Shown in pieces: positions 51,200 through 64,000 of a DNA stretch of 64,000 nt (its first letter is position 1; each line of letters begins with the position of its first letter). Source of the DNA: Lama glama (taxonomy: Eukaryota); NCBI GenBank assembly GCA_028534125.1, contig CM052816.1, forward strand, positions 79,424,001-79,488,000, in the 5' to 3' direction. Below the pieces are notes generated by a model. It ran no database searches. It was not told the origin of the DNA and saw only the letters and a list, made by a program, of their open reading frames with translations. A program made the position numbers and the translations under genes.

Positions 51200-51370
51200 T
51201 GCACCTTTGATGCTCAAAATGTGGTCTGTTAACCAGTGGCACGGGCATCTCCTGGGAGTTTTTGAAAATGAGAAATCTCCAGCCCCATTCAAGACCTGCC
51301 GACTGAGAACCCACAGGTTAAGTTCTCCAACTGATTCATATGCATGTTAACATTGGAGAAGCATTGGTCC
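51200..51370. mobile_element. MER5-like hAT-Charlie MITE
   Basis: ctcaaaatgtggtc...gcatctcctgggag...aaatctccagccccattcaagacct...tgattcatatgcatgttaacattggagaagcattg. Confidence 0.75.
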
Positions 51371-52194
51371 AGGAGTGATGAGAATAAATTCTTTCAGTCC
51401 TTTCCCACTTTCTTATTGTTTTTGATTTGTTGAACCCTACTGAAACCTGACCTTGAAGGAAAAAACAACTATTATACTACTTTTCTGCCCAGCTTGAAAC
51501 AATCTTGTTTTTCTCATTCGACTGACTGAGGGTAAACGCTGCTGCATGATTTCAAACCAAACAAATCAACATAAAGTTGAAGTTTTCCTGGAAAATTCAA
51601 AAGAGAAAAAAAATCACAAACAGACAATTGCTTAAGTATACCTGTCGAAACCACATCTATTTTTCAAGTGATAAGATTCCTTCTTTCTAGCCACAGACCA
51701 TAACGAACAAAAACATAGATTCCTGGGACATAAGCAATTACTACATCACAATTTATGGATAATATTTTCTGTTGCCAGTACTTTGTTTTGGTGAAGGTGG
51801 GTTCTTTCAAAACTATGCTTTAAAAGTATGAATATTTGGACTAAAACAATTCAGGAAAATTACGTGACATGGTATGACCACTTACACTAAACACATCTTG
51901 TGGAAAATAATATCCTTTGTTTAAAAGAACAGATGGAAAACTTTCTCCTGGAAATCAATGTTAATGAAGCAATCTTTTCAATCTTTCCGAGAATTTCACT
52001 ATGCATATACCTGTAAACAAAGTAACAGGTGAGAAAAAGGATTATTATTTTTTTTTCCTATAATCCCAGTGGAAATAATCACTCTACTCAACCTATAAGG
52101 AGTAGACAGGTAAAAGTCCCTGAAACAGATTCTTCCGCAGATTGTTGTATCTTTTCTGAAAGGAGTTCTTGTGAGCATTTTGAGAAGGTGGATT

Positions 52195-52710
52195 GTTGGT
52201 AGCTAATTGACCAGTTTTTGGCATATTAAGATGTCATAGATTCTTGGACATTTCTCCTTTCAAGAGGTGAGGTCTAAGCAACTGGGGTGACCTTGTAACC
52301 AACAGAATTCAGGGAAAGTGGCACTTGTGATGTCCCAGGCTAGATCAGAAGAAATCATACAGCTCCTGCATTGCCTCTGGGAACCCAGGCTGTCTAGATG
52401 CTTCCCAGTGGGACTCCCCTCTGGGGACCCAGAAGCCATGCTGCAAGAAGCCCAGGCTCTACAAAGAGGTCATGTTCCATTGCTCTGGTGACAGCCCCAC
52501 CTGAGTCATTTTGATGTCCATTTCAGTCAGGCACTCAGACGACCAAAGCCCCAGCCAACATCTGACCATAACAGCATCCGAGGCCACAAGTAAGAATCCC
52601 CAACTGAGCTCTTCCTGAACTCCTGAGCACAACATTATTGGCAAAATAAAATGATTATCTTAAAATGTTAAATTTTGAGGTCATTTCTTTTACAGTAATA
52701 AATGAAAACA
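52195..52710 (+). mobile_element. MaLR LTR (MLT1G/H-like)
   Basis: ccaacagaattcagggaaagtg...aggctagatcagaag...ccagccaacatctgac...aaataaaatgattatcttaa...tacagtaataaatgaaaaca. Confidence 0.75.
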
Positions 52711-54149
52711 TCATCAAACGCCCACAATCCTAGTATGTAGAGATCATGTTTTTCTTTTGTTTGCTCTAATGTCTCCCACAGTACTGACTATTTCTCTAGC
52801 ACTAATATTAATCATAGCTTTGTCTGGTCATAGATAACCTGATGACCTCAAGTTGCTAAAATGTCATTTGCATAATGTCATTTTGTATTTCAAAACTTAG
52901 ATAAACTGATTGAGTTGAATGACAGCAACGAGTTTAGAGTGCATTGTTGCTGTGGCTAGGATTGAATTGTAGAATGAAGGTAATAGCTGGATCCATGAAA
53001 AAGCTAGGTACAGGCAAAAACTGATGAATGAGAGAATGAAAACATCATTGGCTACTTTTGCAGAAGGCTTTTCTAAATATGGCATTGCTCCATAATTTGT
53101 TCCAGAGGAAAAGTGTCTCCCCAAGAACTTTAACATTTATTTTTGTGAAAAGAGGCCAACTATTATCAACTATAATCAATCGTGTTGATTTTTAATCCAT
53201 GGATAAAGGAATTTCTAATTTGAAATCAAAGTTTGTTGCATAAGTGGCAGGTTAGTTTCAGGCTACCTCTTGGTACTCTTGACTTAAACCATAAAATGAA
53301 ATGTTGAAAGTAAAGACCTCAATCATTTTATGCCATTTTTAAGAGTGCATATTAATCTTTCCTGTCCCTGCAGGTCAGCTAATCCATCTAATCCCCTATC
53401 TAAATGCAGGCTATACTACGGGCTTACAGTCCAAAATTGTTTCTTCTTTTGGGGCTCATCTCAGCCATGTTTTGGCATATTCAAATAGGGTATAAGAATC
53501 ATGGATGTTAACAATAAATACGTATCTCAAATCATTACTTTACTCTGAGCTGGACCACTGCCTGACACCATCATATACGAATCCCCCATGAAGTTGGAAA
53601 ATGCAACTTAAGCTTAAAGTCCAAGCAGCCCTCTCTTTTCCTTCTAAGTACCTAGATCTGCTGTCAATCCTAAACTAGTGCAAGCTCCCCAGAGTCCAAG
53701 TGATGTTTAGAAAGAGCAAAGAGGAAGCATGAAGAATATGCCCTTAAGGTAACATATCCATCCCACTGCATGGAAGTGAGAAAGTTGAGGGAAGCAGAGT
53801 GAGGGCAAGATTCAGGTTCATACCAGCTGTGTTATCTGGGCACACAGAAGCAGGAGGTCAAAGCCATGAGCTATATCACCATATAGTCACTCACAGTGGC
53901 CATGCCAACTGGTACCCACACCTCCCCACAGTCTCAGGACAGTAACGAGAAGAAAATAGGGAAAGAGAAGCTTTCTCAGCTTCACTCATGTTAGTAGAAT
54001 TTCTCTTCCTCTTAAACTTGTGAAGCAAGAACCAGTATGTATATTTATCCTCCTCATCAGCTCATAAATGAAGTTAATGAAATCTATACGGCATAGCTGT
54101 GAAAATTAGCTTTGTAAGAGGAGTTAATGTCTGTGACTAGTTAAACTTT

Positions 54150-54303
54150 AAGCACAGAGAACTATATTCAATATCTTGTAGTAACCTATAAAGAAAAAGA
54201 ATAGGAAAAGGAATATGTGTCTGTACATGGATGACTGAAACATTCTGCTGTACACCAGAAATTGACACAACACTGTAAACTGACTATACTTCAAAAAAAA
54301 AAA
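54150..54303 (+). mobile_element. Short 5'-truncated L1 3' end
   Basis: agcacagagaactatattcaatatcttgtagtaacctata...gacacaacactgtaaactgactatacttc followed by polyA. Confidence 0.88.
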
Positions 54304-55284
54304 GAAACTGTAAACTTCATACATAGTTTCTTTGATAAAATATGGATCCAGTGGTAAAATCAAGTAATACTTTTTTAAAAAAGAAAGTTTTAAGAAGGAC
54401 ATATTTTTAAAAAAGTGTAATTTTTTAGCATAGACAGTTAATTATACTTATCCTGTAGACATTAGTTGGCTGGTGTTCCTAGTGGAATATAATGTTCCAG
54501 TGTCCTACGATTTCTTTGTGTTTTCACTTGACCCTTAACACTTTTGACTTTGCGACTAAGAATTACTTAATGTTCAGTTTTGTCCCTTTTATTAATCCAT
54601 TGTTCTTTACCTCATTAATTTCTACAGGAGCATATAAAATCACAGTGAGATGGGGGACAAAGAGGATTCCTTTGATTTGTTTCAAATGTCTTTTTTTCTA
54701 TTTTATATATAAAACACCAGGCAAGTTTCTTGGCCACCGCCTGTCTGTGTGCCTCCTCTCAAAATGAGAAGTAAAAGGTTCATCATTCCAAAGTGTTTGT
54801 TTAAGAAGTATTGCAATATTTTAAGTAGACCCTCTGAGGCAGTTTCAGTGTCAGGATGCTGAAAAGATGGCTGAATTTGTCTTTGAATCTATGTTACTGG
54901 AAAAGACTATGCTGCTCTCAAAATTCCACTCAGGGAAATACAAAAAAATGCAGAATTTCCTCCTCATTATATGTCTTAATAAAAGTTGTCTTATGAATAG
55001 AATAGCTATTATATTTTACAATTAGTAAGCTTTTATTTTATTTACCTGCCTCATCATTCTACATCTGTTTAATTATTCACCCATTCTTTATCTGAAAAGA
55101 ATTTAAGATGTTTAACACAAGAACAAACATAATAGGAGAATTAAAAATAAAACCAGAAAGACCAGAATCCATGCAGGGGGTAAGAAACTTCAGGTTTAGT
55201 TAAACATTGAAGAAATCACATAGACACTGGGTGAAACTGGATTATTGGTAGGCAGAATCAACAAAGCTCAATCCAAATATTGAC

Positions 55285-55725
55285 AGTTTGGTTCATATTG
55301 TAATAGAAGATGACCTTGCTTTTTCATCTCACTGAGAAAATGGAAGCAATCAGAAGAGAACTCCCCTGTCCTTCCGGACCACTGATTATATTCAGCTTTC
55401 CTTTGTGTTTCCATGGCTGATCAATCTCTCTCGTCTAAGGGCAATCACTCTTCTAGTGCACTGATTTCTATGCACACCTTTCATCTAGTGGTGAAGGGAC
55501 TTGGTTCCTGCAATCATTGTCTGTTCCCTGAATCTTCTATTATATTTTCCTTACTATTGCATCATCCTATTACATATAAATACACTGTTATAGCTCCCAT
55601 TACATCAATGACCACAAAAAAACAAACAACAACAACAACCAAAATATACCTGTCTTGACCCCACACTCCCCTTCATCCCACCGCCATGTTGCTTTGCTGC
55701 CTGTATAGCAAAACTTACTGAGAAG
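55285..55725 (+). mobile_element. L2 fragment
   Basis: gatgaccttgctttttcatctcactgagaaaatggaagcaatcagaagagaactcc. Confidence 0.6.
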
Positions 55726-56529
55726 ACTGTTGAGAATCTTAATGGGATTTTGAGACAACTAGTAAATAAAACCTCTCTGGCTCCAGCTGAGATCCAAATT
55801 GAGAGAAAAACAGAAGACTTAGAGAAATTAAGATTAATGACAAAAGGAATATAGGAGAACATAGCTTAGGTCTTCGAACGCATAGGTTGGCTAATATCTC
55901 TCTACCTAATTAGACAGGCTGACACCCCAGTCATTGGCACAACTGGACAAGTGTAGGCCTCTCCTGAAAGGACCCCATTTTCCTTACAAGAGCAGAACAG
56001 AGTGCACGCTGCAGGTCAGAAGAACCAGAGAGAGGGAGGAAGGCAATATCCACATCATCTGTGTTCTCTCTTTGCAATTCAATATCAGTTCAGCTCCTCG
56101 TCATTGCCTGGGGAGGAGCGCAGAGGCAGAGAGAGGCCAGGAGTGTGATTCTAGAGGAAACCTCATGGAGACAGGAAGCAAGGGGAAGGAGGTTCCTCGC
56201 TAGGCTCACTGTGTCCGCATCTTCCAGTTTCTCTTGAATCTAATCCAGTCAGGCTTCCTCCATGCTGGTCCACCAGTACTCTCTTACCAAGTCCTCAGCA
56301 AGTGCTAGGTTGCCAATGAAAGCCCTGTGCCTATGGAACAGCTGTGGTGAGGTACAGTGATGTGCCATGTTTAGGCACTGGAAGAGCTGAGGCAACCCCA
56401 GCCTGCTTTCCCTTAGTTCCTGTGAGGTGTGACACCAATACAGAAAGTTCTTCTGTGGGACCTTTGTGGGGCAGGCAGAAGGAGGTAAGAGAGCAAGTAA
56501 CACAGAATTAAAGGAGTCAGAATAGTTGA

Positions 56530-56678
56530 GGGGGAGTGTATATATAGCTCAGTGGTAGAGTGTGTGCTTAGCATTCATGAGGTCCTGGGTTCAATCCCCA
56601 GCACCTCCAATTAAATAAATGAACAAACAAACAAACAAACTTGATTGCCCTTCCCGCCAAAAAATAGAAATTTTGAAA
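56530..56678 (+). mobile_element. tRNA-Ala-derived SINE (camelid Vic-1-like, long-tailed)
   Basis: ggggagtgtatatatagctcagtggtagag...cttagcat...gggttcaatccccagcacctcc with an (aaac)n tail. Degenerate TSD gagtcagaatagttga / gagccagagtagttga. Confidence 0.88.
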
Positions 56679-58132
56679 AAAGAGCCAGAGTAGTTGAAAC
56701 GGTGCAGGGAAGGGAACCCTAGAGTGAAGCAATGGAATAGAGACGCCAAGGTCTAGTGCAGCTGAGTCTCTGAGTTTCAAGGGAGGTAGGAGGGAAGCCC
56801 AGGCAGTGGGAGATGGCCGGGTTTCCCAGAAGCCATTTCCATGCTTCTTTCTTGCCTGTGCTGCCAGCTGAGCATGAACCATGAACCAAAGACACTTGAG
56901 CAGCACCTCCAGCAGAGACAGCAAAAAAGACACCTTCTCAGGGGTGGGCAAATACCCATCTCTCGCCCCACCCACCCGGACACCTTCTCATGAAAAAGGC
57001 AGGGTGGCCACTTCTTGAGACTTTGTAAGGAGTCTGCCCTCCAAATGGATTTCCTGAGGAGTTAAACTAAATATTTCCTTGAAAAATAGCTTTAAACTAG
57101 AAGAAATGAAATTACCTCAGATGATCAAAGTTTATTCGACTATTAGACAAGAATAGGTACTCCAGAGCAAGTCAGCTCATTTCTATGAAGTCAAGCCACT
57201 CATTCTGTTGTACATTTGGTTGAAATATAGTCTGAGCCCTCTGTAACCTAAGTGGACGATGAGCAGAAATTATACTCTTATATGTGAAATTGTGTTTCTG
57301 AAAATAATAGCATCACTTACTAATCACACTGCTTCATTTTTACACCCAATACTGATAGCTGAGAAGTTGTAGCATCTCAAACATAAACATAGGTTTAATT
57401 AATGATGAAAAGCACAAGAAATATAATGTTAGCAGAAAGTGACTCACATGTGAAAGTGTGGTACCCTGAAATCATTCCATAAATGACATTATGGTCTCAT
57501 GGCATCAGCTCTTTATTTAGAAATCTAACAGGAGAACATGGGGATTTTGACATGAATTTAGACACATCCTCATGAAGAGAATTAGACATTTCCAATTAAG
57601 GGTGAGCCTTACTTCTGAACCTCTTTTCCATGGACAGATATACTAATAAGTGCTCACTACATCCCTGTTGTTTTGGGAGGAGCATTGAATTTCTCATGAG
57701 AGATGTCCCCATTGCCCAGGAAATTTCTGCTGCTGCATTCCCCAGGAGTGGCCCTGGGAATGATTGGACTGTATCCTGCAGGGGGAGGATTAAAAGCAAA
57801 GGCCTTGCCCTGTAGGGAGTTGAACTGGGTAGAAGGCAGAGAGACTCCCAGCAGCATAACTTACAGCAATGTGTTATAATTATTAATTACTGTGAAGTTG
57901 CAGCACTTTTGGAAAAAAGGGGGAAAGAAGGATTTACTCAATTAAGACATCATCTTCTTATCAGTAAGTCAGAGCTAAGTTGCAGTGTGGACTCAAAATA
58001 TAGGTGATGGGGATATTGATCATGTAAAACAAAAAAACCTTTCCATTTTTAGTTATCTTAAGTTCAGAGGCTAACTCACTTGGTTTTGAAAATGACTACC
58101 CATAAAACACAAATGAAAAGAAATGCAAGAAG

Positions 58133-58241
58133 GATGTGACAATGAATATATGTATGTTCATTTATAACTGAAAAATTGTGCTCTACACTGGAATTTGACA
58201 CAACATTGTAAAATGACTATAACTCAATAAAAAATGTTTAA
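58133..58241 (+). mobile_element. Very short L1 3' end, similar to the tail at 50330-50520
   Basis: atgtgacaatgaatatatg...tgacacaacattgtaaaatgactataactcaataaaaaatgtt. TSD aaatgcaagaag at 58121-58132 and 58242-58253. Confidence 0.88.
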
Positions 58242-59389
58242 AAATGCAAGAAGAAATGTAATAGAATGCTGAAACAATTCAGTTGTATAAATTTGTTTTG
58301 GTTCCATGATATTCATAATATAAATAATAATCTCTATTATATTTTTTGTTGTCTCTGTGTCCCCAGTGCAGACGTCTTTGGCAGTTGATGTAGTAGTCGT
58401 GTCATGCTAAATGCTATAAATGGGCAAGGGAGTTGAAAACTGATAATTTAGAGAACAAAAACACTGCATTTTTCTTACTCTTTTAGGGAAATCAACACTT
58501 TTGCCCCATCTTTGATTACTCAAAGGCCCACTTCTGCTTGTAAGTTTCAACTGTCCTTTTGATCTTGTTAACTTTTCTACTTATAAACACTCTTTTTTGT
58601 GTTTTTGAGTTCCAGTGCTTTCTGATTAGACCTCTTTATTCTTTGAGATGTCTATGACTTGATTGGCCCATAGTATGTTCAAAGAATGAACATCTTACTT
58701 GAAACAAAGGAGGGTTTGTCTTCAATAATCACAGTACTCACAATTGTCAACATGGCTGCCTCTTATGTCAGGGAAGTTGTTAAGTGGCTTTCTTGGTTCA
58801 CAGAAAGTATACTGTAGAGGGTGATTTGAACACATCTCCTGGATTCCTATCACAAATTAGGATGACAACATCATGCCCATTGAAGTTTGCTGTGCACCCA
58901 ATCATGGAAAAGCTGAGGGAAGGGGAAGTATGGGCAGTAGTGTTACCTGTTTTTTTCTAGTGCAATGTTGAGGGTTGAGATGGGAGAAATCCAAGAGTTT
59001 AAGAAGATGAAACAAGTATAATTCACTTGGTCTGCATTTCTGGTTCGTAGGACTTCCCAAAATGTACCTTGTTAATGATTTAGACTTCTGTAAACTTTCT
59101 TATTTGGGAACAAGATACAATAAAATGCAGGGAAATATTTCAGAAAACATTAGAATGTATGTTTTTAGACCTAGGTTTAAGTCCTGGCTCTTCCATTCAC
59201 TAGCTCTGACTTTGGGCAAAGGCATTTGCTTTTATTTGTTTGTTTGTTTTAAATTTTTTATTTTATTTTTATACAATTTTGAAAAGTTATTTTCCATTTA
59301 CAGTTATTACAAAATATTGGCTATATTCCCTGTGTTGTATGATACATCTTTGAGCCTATCTTACCATTTGTTTTTCAGACTTGTTCTGA

Positions 59390-59815
59390 GAAGATCATGG
59401 TGATTGCATGCCTCCCAATGGAGATCATTTTGAAGATGAACATGTTATCCATTTCTGGCCAACAAGACACAAAGAAGGTTAGTCGGGAGGAATTATGGGG
59501 ATATTTTCCTTGCTCTTGAAAAGATCCCTGGGCATAAATAGAGAGCCTGAGTGCTCATCACTGTAAGAGGTTGTGATTTTTAGAACAACAGATACTGTCT
59601 TGTGGGCATAGGGTTAAGCTAGAATGACCAAAATCCATATGCCAAGGATGGCAGAAAAAAGTGGTGTCAATACCATGGCCCTTGGGGACTCCTTGAGTTA
59701 GTATATTAACAGAGCTTAAGATTTCTTATTATGGGAAAAAATTAACTCTTCTTATTGTAAAGATCAATTGGATTAACTTTCCTGTGGGACTTGACACCAA
59801 AAGCCTCTTAACAGA
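59390..59815 (+). mobile_element. Old MaLR LTR fragment (MLT1I/J/K-like) splitting a MIR (about 59160-59220 and 59825-59930)
   Basis: atttctggccaacaagacac...ccaaggatggcagaaaa...acttgacaccaaaagcctcttaacagatat, with MIR halves on either side. Confidence 0.55.
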
Positions 59816-59978
59816 TATACCAAGTCTATAAAATGGGAATTTGAATACCTGTATTACAGGTTTTTGAGAAACGGTGATGAGATATATGTGTAGCATTTCA
59901 CATCGTGCTTGTCAAGTGCTCAATAAATGTCACCATTGTTATAATTAGCAGCATTATTATGATTATCTCTTAATACCT

Positions 59979-62846
59979 TGTAGGGGTGAAAAATGTTTTT
60001 CTTCTTTCCTTCTAGGTTCTTTGGCTGGCCTAATACAGGTGTACACTGGAAATATGTAGGTTCTGTTCCAGACCACCTCAGTAAAGCAAATACTGCAACT
60101 GAGTCACACAAATGTTTCAGTTTCCCAGTGCATATAAAAGTTGTATTTAACTATACTGTAGTCTATTAAATGTGCAACAGCATGATGTCTGAAAAAGCAA
60201 TGTACATACCTTAATTTAAAAATGCCTTATCACTAAAAAACACTAACCATCATCTAAGCCTTCAGCTAGACATAATTTTTTGCTGGTGGATGGTCTTACC
60301 TCGATGTTGACGGCTGCTGACAGATCAGGGCGGCAGTTGCTGAAGGTTGGGATGGCTAAGGATATTTCTTTTATTTTTTTTTTAGGGAAATTTCTTAACA
60401 TAAGACAACAATGAAGTTGGCCACATCAATTGATTCTTTCTTTTAAGAATGATTTCTCTGTAGCAGGCAATGATGTTTGATAGCATTTTACCCATAGAAC
60501 TTCTATCAAAATTGGAGTCAATATTCCCAAACCCTGCCTCTTCTTTATCAACTAAGTTTATGTAATAATATAAATCCTTTGTTGTCATTTCAACAATCTT
60601 CACCAAGAGATTCTGTCTCAAGAAATTGCTTTCTTTGCTCATCTGTAAGGAGCAACTTCTCATCCATTCAGATTTTATCATGAGGTTGCAGCAATTCAGT
60701 TACATCTTCAGGCTCTCCACTTCTAATTCTAGTTCTCTTGCTATTTTCATCACACCTGCAATTGTTTCCTCCACTGAAGTCTTGAACCCCTCAAAGTCAT
60801 CCATAAGAGCTGGAATCAAATTCTTCCAAACTCCTGTTAATGTTGGTGTTTTTACCTCTTTCTCTGAATCATGAATGTTCTTAATGGCATCTAGAATGGT
60901 GAATCCTTTCTAGAAGGTTTTCAATTGACTTCGCCCAGATCCATCAGAGGAATCATGATCGATGGCAACTGTAGCCTTAAAAAATTTATTTATTAAATAC
61001 TAAGTCTTGAAAGTCAAAATTACTCTTTGATCTATGGGTGCAGATGGCTGTTGTGTTAACAGCATGAAACCACATGAATCTCTTTGTCCATCTCCAGCAG
61101 AGCTCTTTGGTGACCAGGTGCATTGTCAGTGAGCAGCAGTATTTTGAAAACAATCTTTTTTCTTGAGCATTAGGTCTCAACAGTGGACTTAAAACATTCA
61201 GTAAACCACATTGTAAACAAATGTGTTGTCATCCGGGCTTTGTTGTTTCATTTATAGAGTACAAGCAGAGTAGATTTACCATAATTCTTAAGGACTCTAG
61301 GATTTTCAGGATGGTAAATAAGCATTGGTTTCAACTTCAAGTCACCAGCTGCATTAACCCCTAACAAGAGAGTTGGCCTGTCCTGTGAAGCTTTGAAGCC
61401 AGGCACTGACTTCTCCTCTCTAGCTGTGAAAGCCCTAGAGGACATCTTCTTCCAATATAAATCTATTTTATCTACATTGAAAGTTTGTTGTTTAGTGTAG
61501 CCACTTTGAGTAATGATGTCAGCTGGAACTTCTGGATAACTGGCTGCAGCTTCTCCATCAGCACTTGCAGGTTCACCTTGCACCTTTATGTTACAGAGAT
61601 GGCTTCTTTCTTTAAACCTCATGAGCCAACCTCTGCTAACTGCACGCTTTTCTTTTACAATTTCCTTGCCTCTCTCAGCCTTCATTGAATTGAGGAAAGT
61701 TATCGCCTTTTTCTGAATTAGGCTTTGGTTTAAGGGGATATTGTGGCTGATTTCATCTTCCATCCAGGCCACTAAAACTTTCTCCACATCAGCAATAAGT
61801 CTGTTTCACTTTCTTACTATTCATGTGTGCACTGGAGTAGCAATTTTAATTTTCTTCAAGAACTTTTTCCTTTGCACTTGCAACTTGACTACTTATTTGG
61901 CGTAAGAAGCCTAGCTTTTGGCCTAACTCAGCTTTCAACACCTCTTCCTCACTAAACTTAATCATTTCTAGCTTTTGATTTAAAGTAAGAGATATGCAAC
62001 TCTTCCTTTTCTGAACATTATAAGGTTATTAATTGGCCTAATTTCAATATTGTGGTGTTTCAGGGAATAGGGAGGCTTGAAGAGATGAAGAAAGTTGGGG
62101 AACAGCTGGTCAATGAAGCAGTCAGAATACACACGTTTATTGATTAATTTTGCCACTTACATGGCTGCAGTTCATGGCACCCTAAAATAATTACAATAGT
62201 AACATCAGAGATCACTGATCACAGATCGCCATAACAGTTATAATAATAGCAATTTAAAAGTTTGAAATAACTTTGAGAATTATCAAACTGACACAGAGAT
62301 AGGAAGTGAGCAAGTGTTGTTGGAAAAATGCCACCAATAGACATGCTCAATATAAGGTTTCCATAAACCTTAAATCTGTTAAAAAAAAAAGCTAATATTT
62401 GTGAAGTGCAATGTTGCAACACACTATAGAATGAGGTACACCTGTATAAATTGACATAAGACAGATTAACAGGAGAAAAACAAATTTAATTCCATATGTA
62501 TAAAAAATGTGAGACTCAAAGAAGTGACCAAAGCAGAGAGCTTTTATGCCTTTTAGTCAAAGAAACAATACATTTGTCAAAAATTGACAGGACAAAGACT
62601 TTTGGGCCTGGGATAGTAAATTAGTTAAGAAGTAAGAAGTTCTATTATACAGGCTTCTTAGTCCTAAGTTCCCTATTTTTGGTGATAAGGATGCCTTCTA
62701 TCCTCCTGGTACAAGGTGGATATCTTTCACATAGGAGCGTTATTTCTGGCTTTCAGGGAGATGCAAGATGTTTCTGAAGTAACTTTAATTCGAAATAATC
62801 AATATGCCAAAATGGTATATTTTGGGTTGACATATTCTGGATTTCA
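59979..62846 (-). mobile_element. MER34-like ERV1 solo LTR split by Tigger1 (LTR parts 59979-60035 and 62445-62846)
   Basis: tgtaggggtgaaaaatg...ggctggcctaata rejoins taaattgacataagacagattaacaggagaaaaa; it ends with aatatgccaaaatggtatattttgggttgacatattctg. Confidence 0.8.
60036..62444 (-). mobile_element. Tigger1 (TcMar/pogo) DNA transposon, essentially full length (2409 bp), with a degenerate transposase
   Basis: Terminal inverted repeats caggtgtac...gtacacctg with TA duplication at 60034-35 and 62445-46. ORF 61248..61787(-) encodes CENP-B-type HTH and start-of-DDE motifs ([40 protein letters not shown]). Confidence 0.95.
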
Positions 62847-62859
62847 GGTTCAAAGTAAC

Positions 62860-62960
62860 AAATTCAAACTACAGAGGTTAAGTGACTTGCCAAAGGTCAC
62901 ACAGGAGACAGGTAGTACGCCAGGAAACAGACTCCAATTTTTAGACTCCCAAAAGGCATT
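62860..62960 (-). mobile_element. MIR fragment
   Basis: acagaggttaagtgacttgccaaaggtcacacagg. Confidence 0.7.
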
Positions 62961-64000
62961 ATGCTTTTCACTTCGTTGTGAGGCCTCCTTTGTTTAAAAA
63001 ATATCTCTATTAAGTTACCGCCACCTTCAAGGGCCCTAAATTTTAGAGAGTTTCTTTTTCACTCTCTAAAATAATAGAACTCCAGCCAGTATTTTGATTT
63101 AGCTGCTCCCTCCTTGTGAGACATTTGTTTTGCTTTTCAAAAACTCTCATCCATCTTCATGTTTGCTCCTGAGGAAGTGGTAACACAAAATAAAAATCCC
63201 CAAACTCCATTTTAAGAGCCGAAAATTGAAAGCAGAAGAAGAACGAAGACCATATATTCTGTTTTTTTCAGATGATAAATATTCTATATCTTCCTGGCTG
63301 TCAACACACTTCTCTTTTTTCATTTCACTGTGTTTCTTACAGTGAGGAATATAGAGCTCTACCCCAAGGGTAGCACTTGGGATATGAGGAGGGGTAAGCC
63401 AAAGAATATTGGGGAAGAAACTACCCCATTTTTACCCTATTTGCTCCAATTTCCTAACTTCTCCACAAACTGAAGCAGCAGATTGTTTTTATTGTTTCTG
63501 GTGATGTCAGAAATGTCTGGAAAAACTTATTTCACATGAATTTTGTTCATAATAGATTGAGCCGCTTTGATTTTTATGTTTTGTCCTGACCTTTTGGTTT
63601 TAGGAGAAGATTGGTTATTAAATCTCACAGCATTTCCTAGCAGATCTGTGCTCTGCAAAGAAACGAAACTTTCTTTGTCAACTATGTGTCATTGTGCAGT
63701 GAAAAATCATGAGACACGGTATTACTCTTTGGTAGAGCCATCTCCCAAAGAAGTAATGTTCTCCCATTAAAATTTTAAAAATTACTTTAGAGAGTTAGGG
63801 CATTGGAATGACCTGAGAATTAGATGAGTTGGAAAAATATCGTTTCTCTGAGATTACCAAGATTTTTCAGTTAAGTAAGTTGTGTCCTCATCACAGTTCC
63901 CTGCAATTTCAGACTCAGGGTGAGAGAATCAACACGGAAATTGACTTACCAGTGCTCCATGCCAAGTAAACCATGGAGAGAATAAAATCCTCTTACAGAG

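Noticed and set aside
61248..61787. TIGD1-like domesticated gene
   Set aside because: It lies inside a TIR-bounded Tigger1 whose downstream catalytic region is fragmented across frames with stops.
1..64000. A novel multi-gene system, operon, CRISPR array or foreign insert
   Set aside because: No long unexplained ORFs, repeat-spacer array or compositionally foreign block. The recognisable content is SPEF2 exons, its promoter and standard mammalian repeats.

Overview
Mammalian genomic DNA, AT-rich and repeat-dense, with two 500-N assembly gaps. It is probably camelid, judging from tRNA-Ala-derived Vic-1-type SINEs and the L1 3' ends; this is inference from recalled consensus sequences. The only protein-coding gene I can support is the 5' end of SPEF2 (sperm flagellar 2) on the minus strand. 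Coding exons 1-4 (21225-21168, 10473-10371, 3150-2898, 1539-1369) splice in frame with GT-AG junctions and give 195 codons beginning MSEILCQWLNQELKVSQTVSPKSFAKAFSNGYLIGEVLHKFELQDDF. The gene continues beyond position 1. A CpG-island promoter at about 21.0-21.55 kb carries tandem RFX X-boxes plus E2F, CTCF and NRF1 motifs. The 42 kb upstream is intergenic (towards PRLR if synteny is conserved) and consists largely of L1, L2, MIR, ERV/MaLR LTRs and DNA transposons, several of them nested. I found no evidence of a novel multi-gene system. The most notable observations are a probably full-length young L1 collapsed into the second N gap, a chimeric L1 tail, an orphan polyadenylated insert, and the ciliary-type promoter. 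Repeat family names come from memory of consensus sequences, and repeat boundaries are approximate unless a TSD or TIR is quoted.
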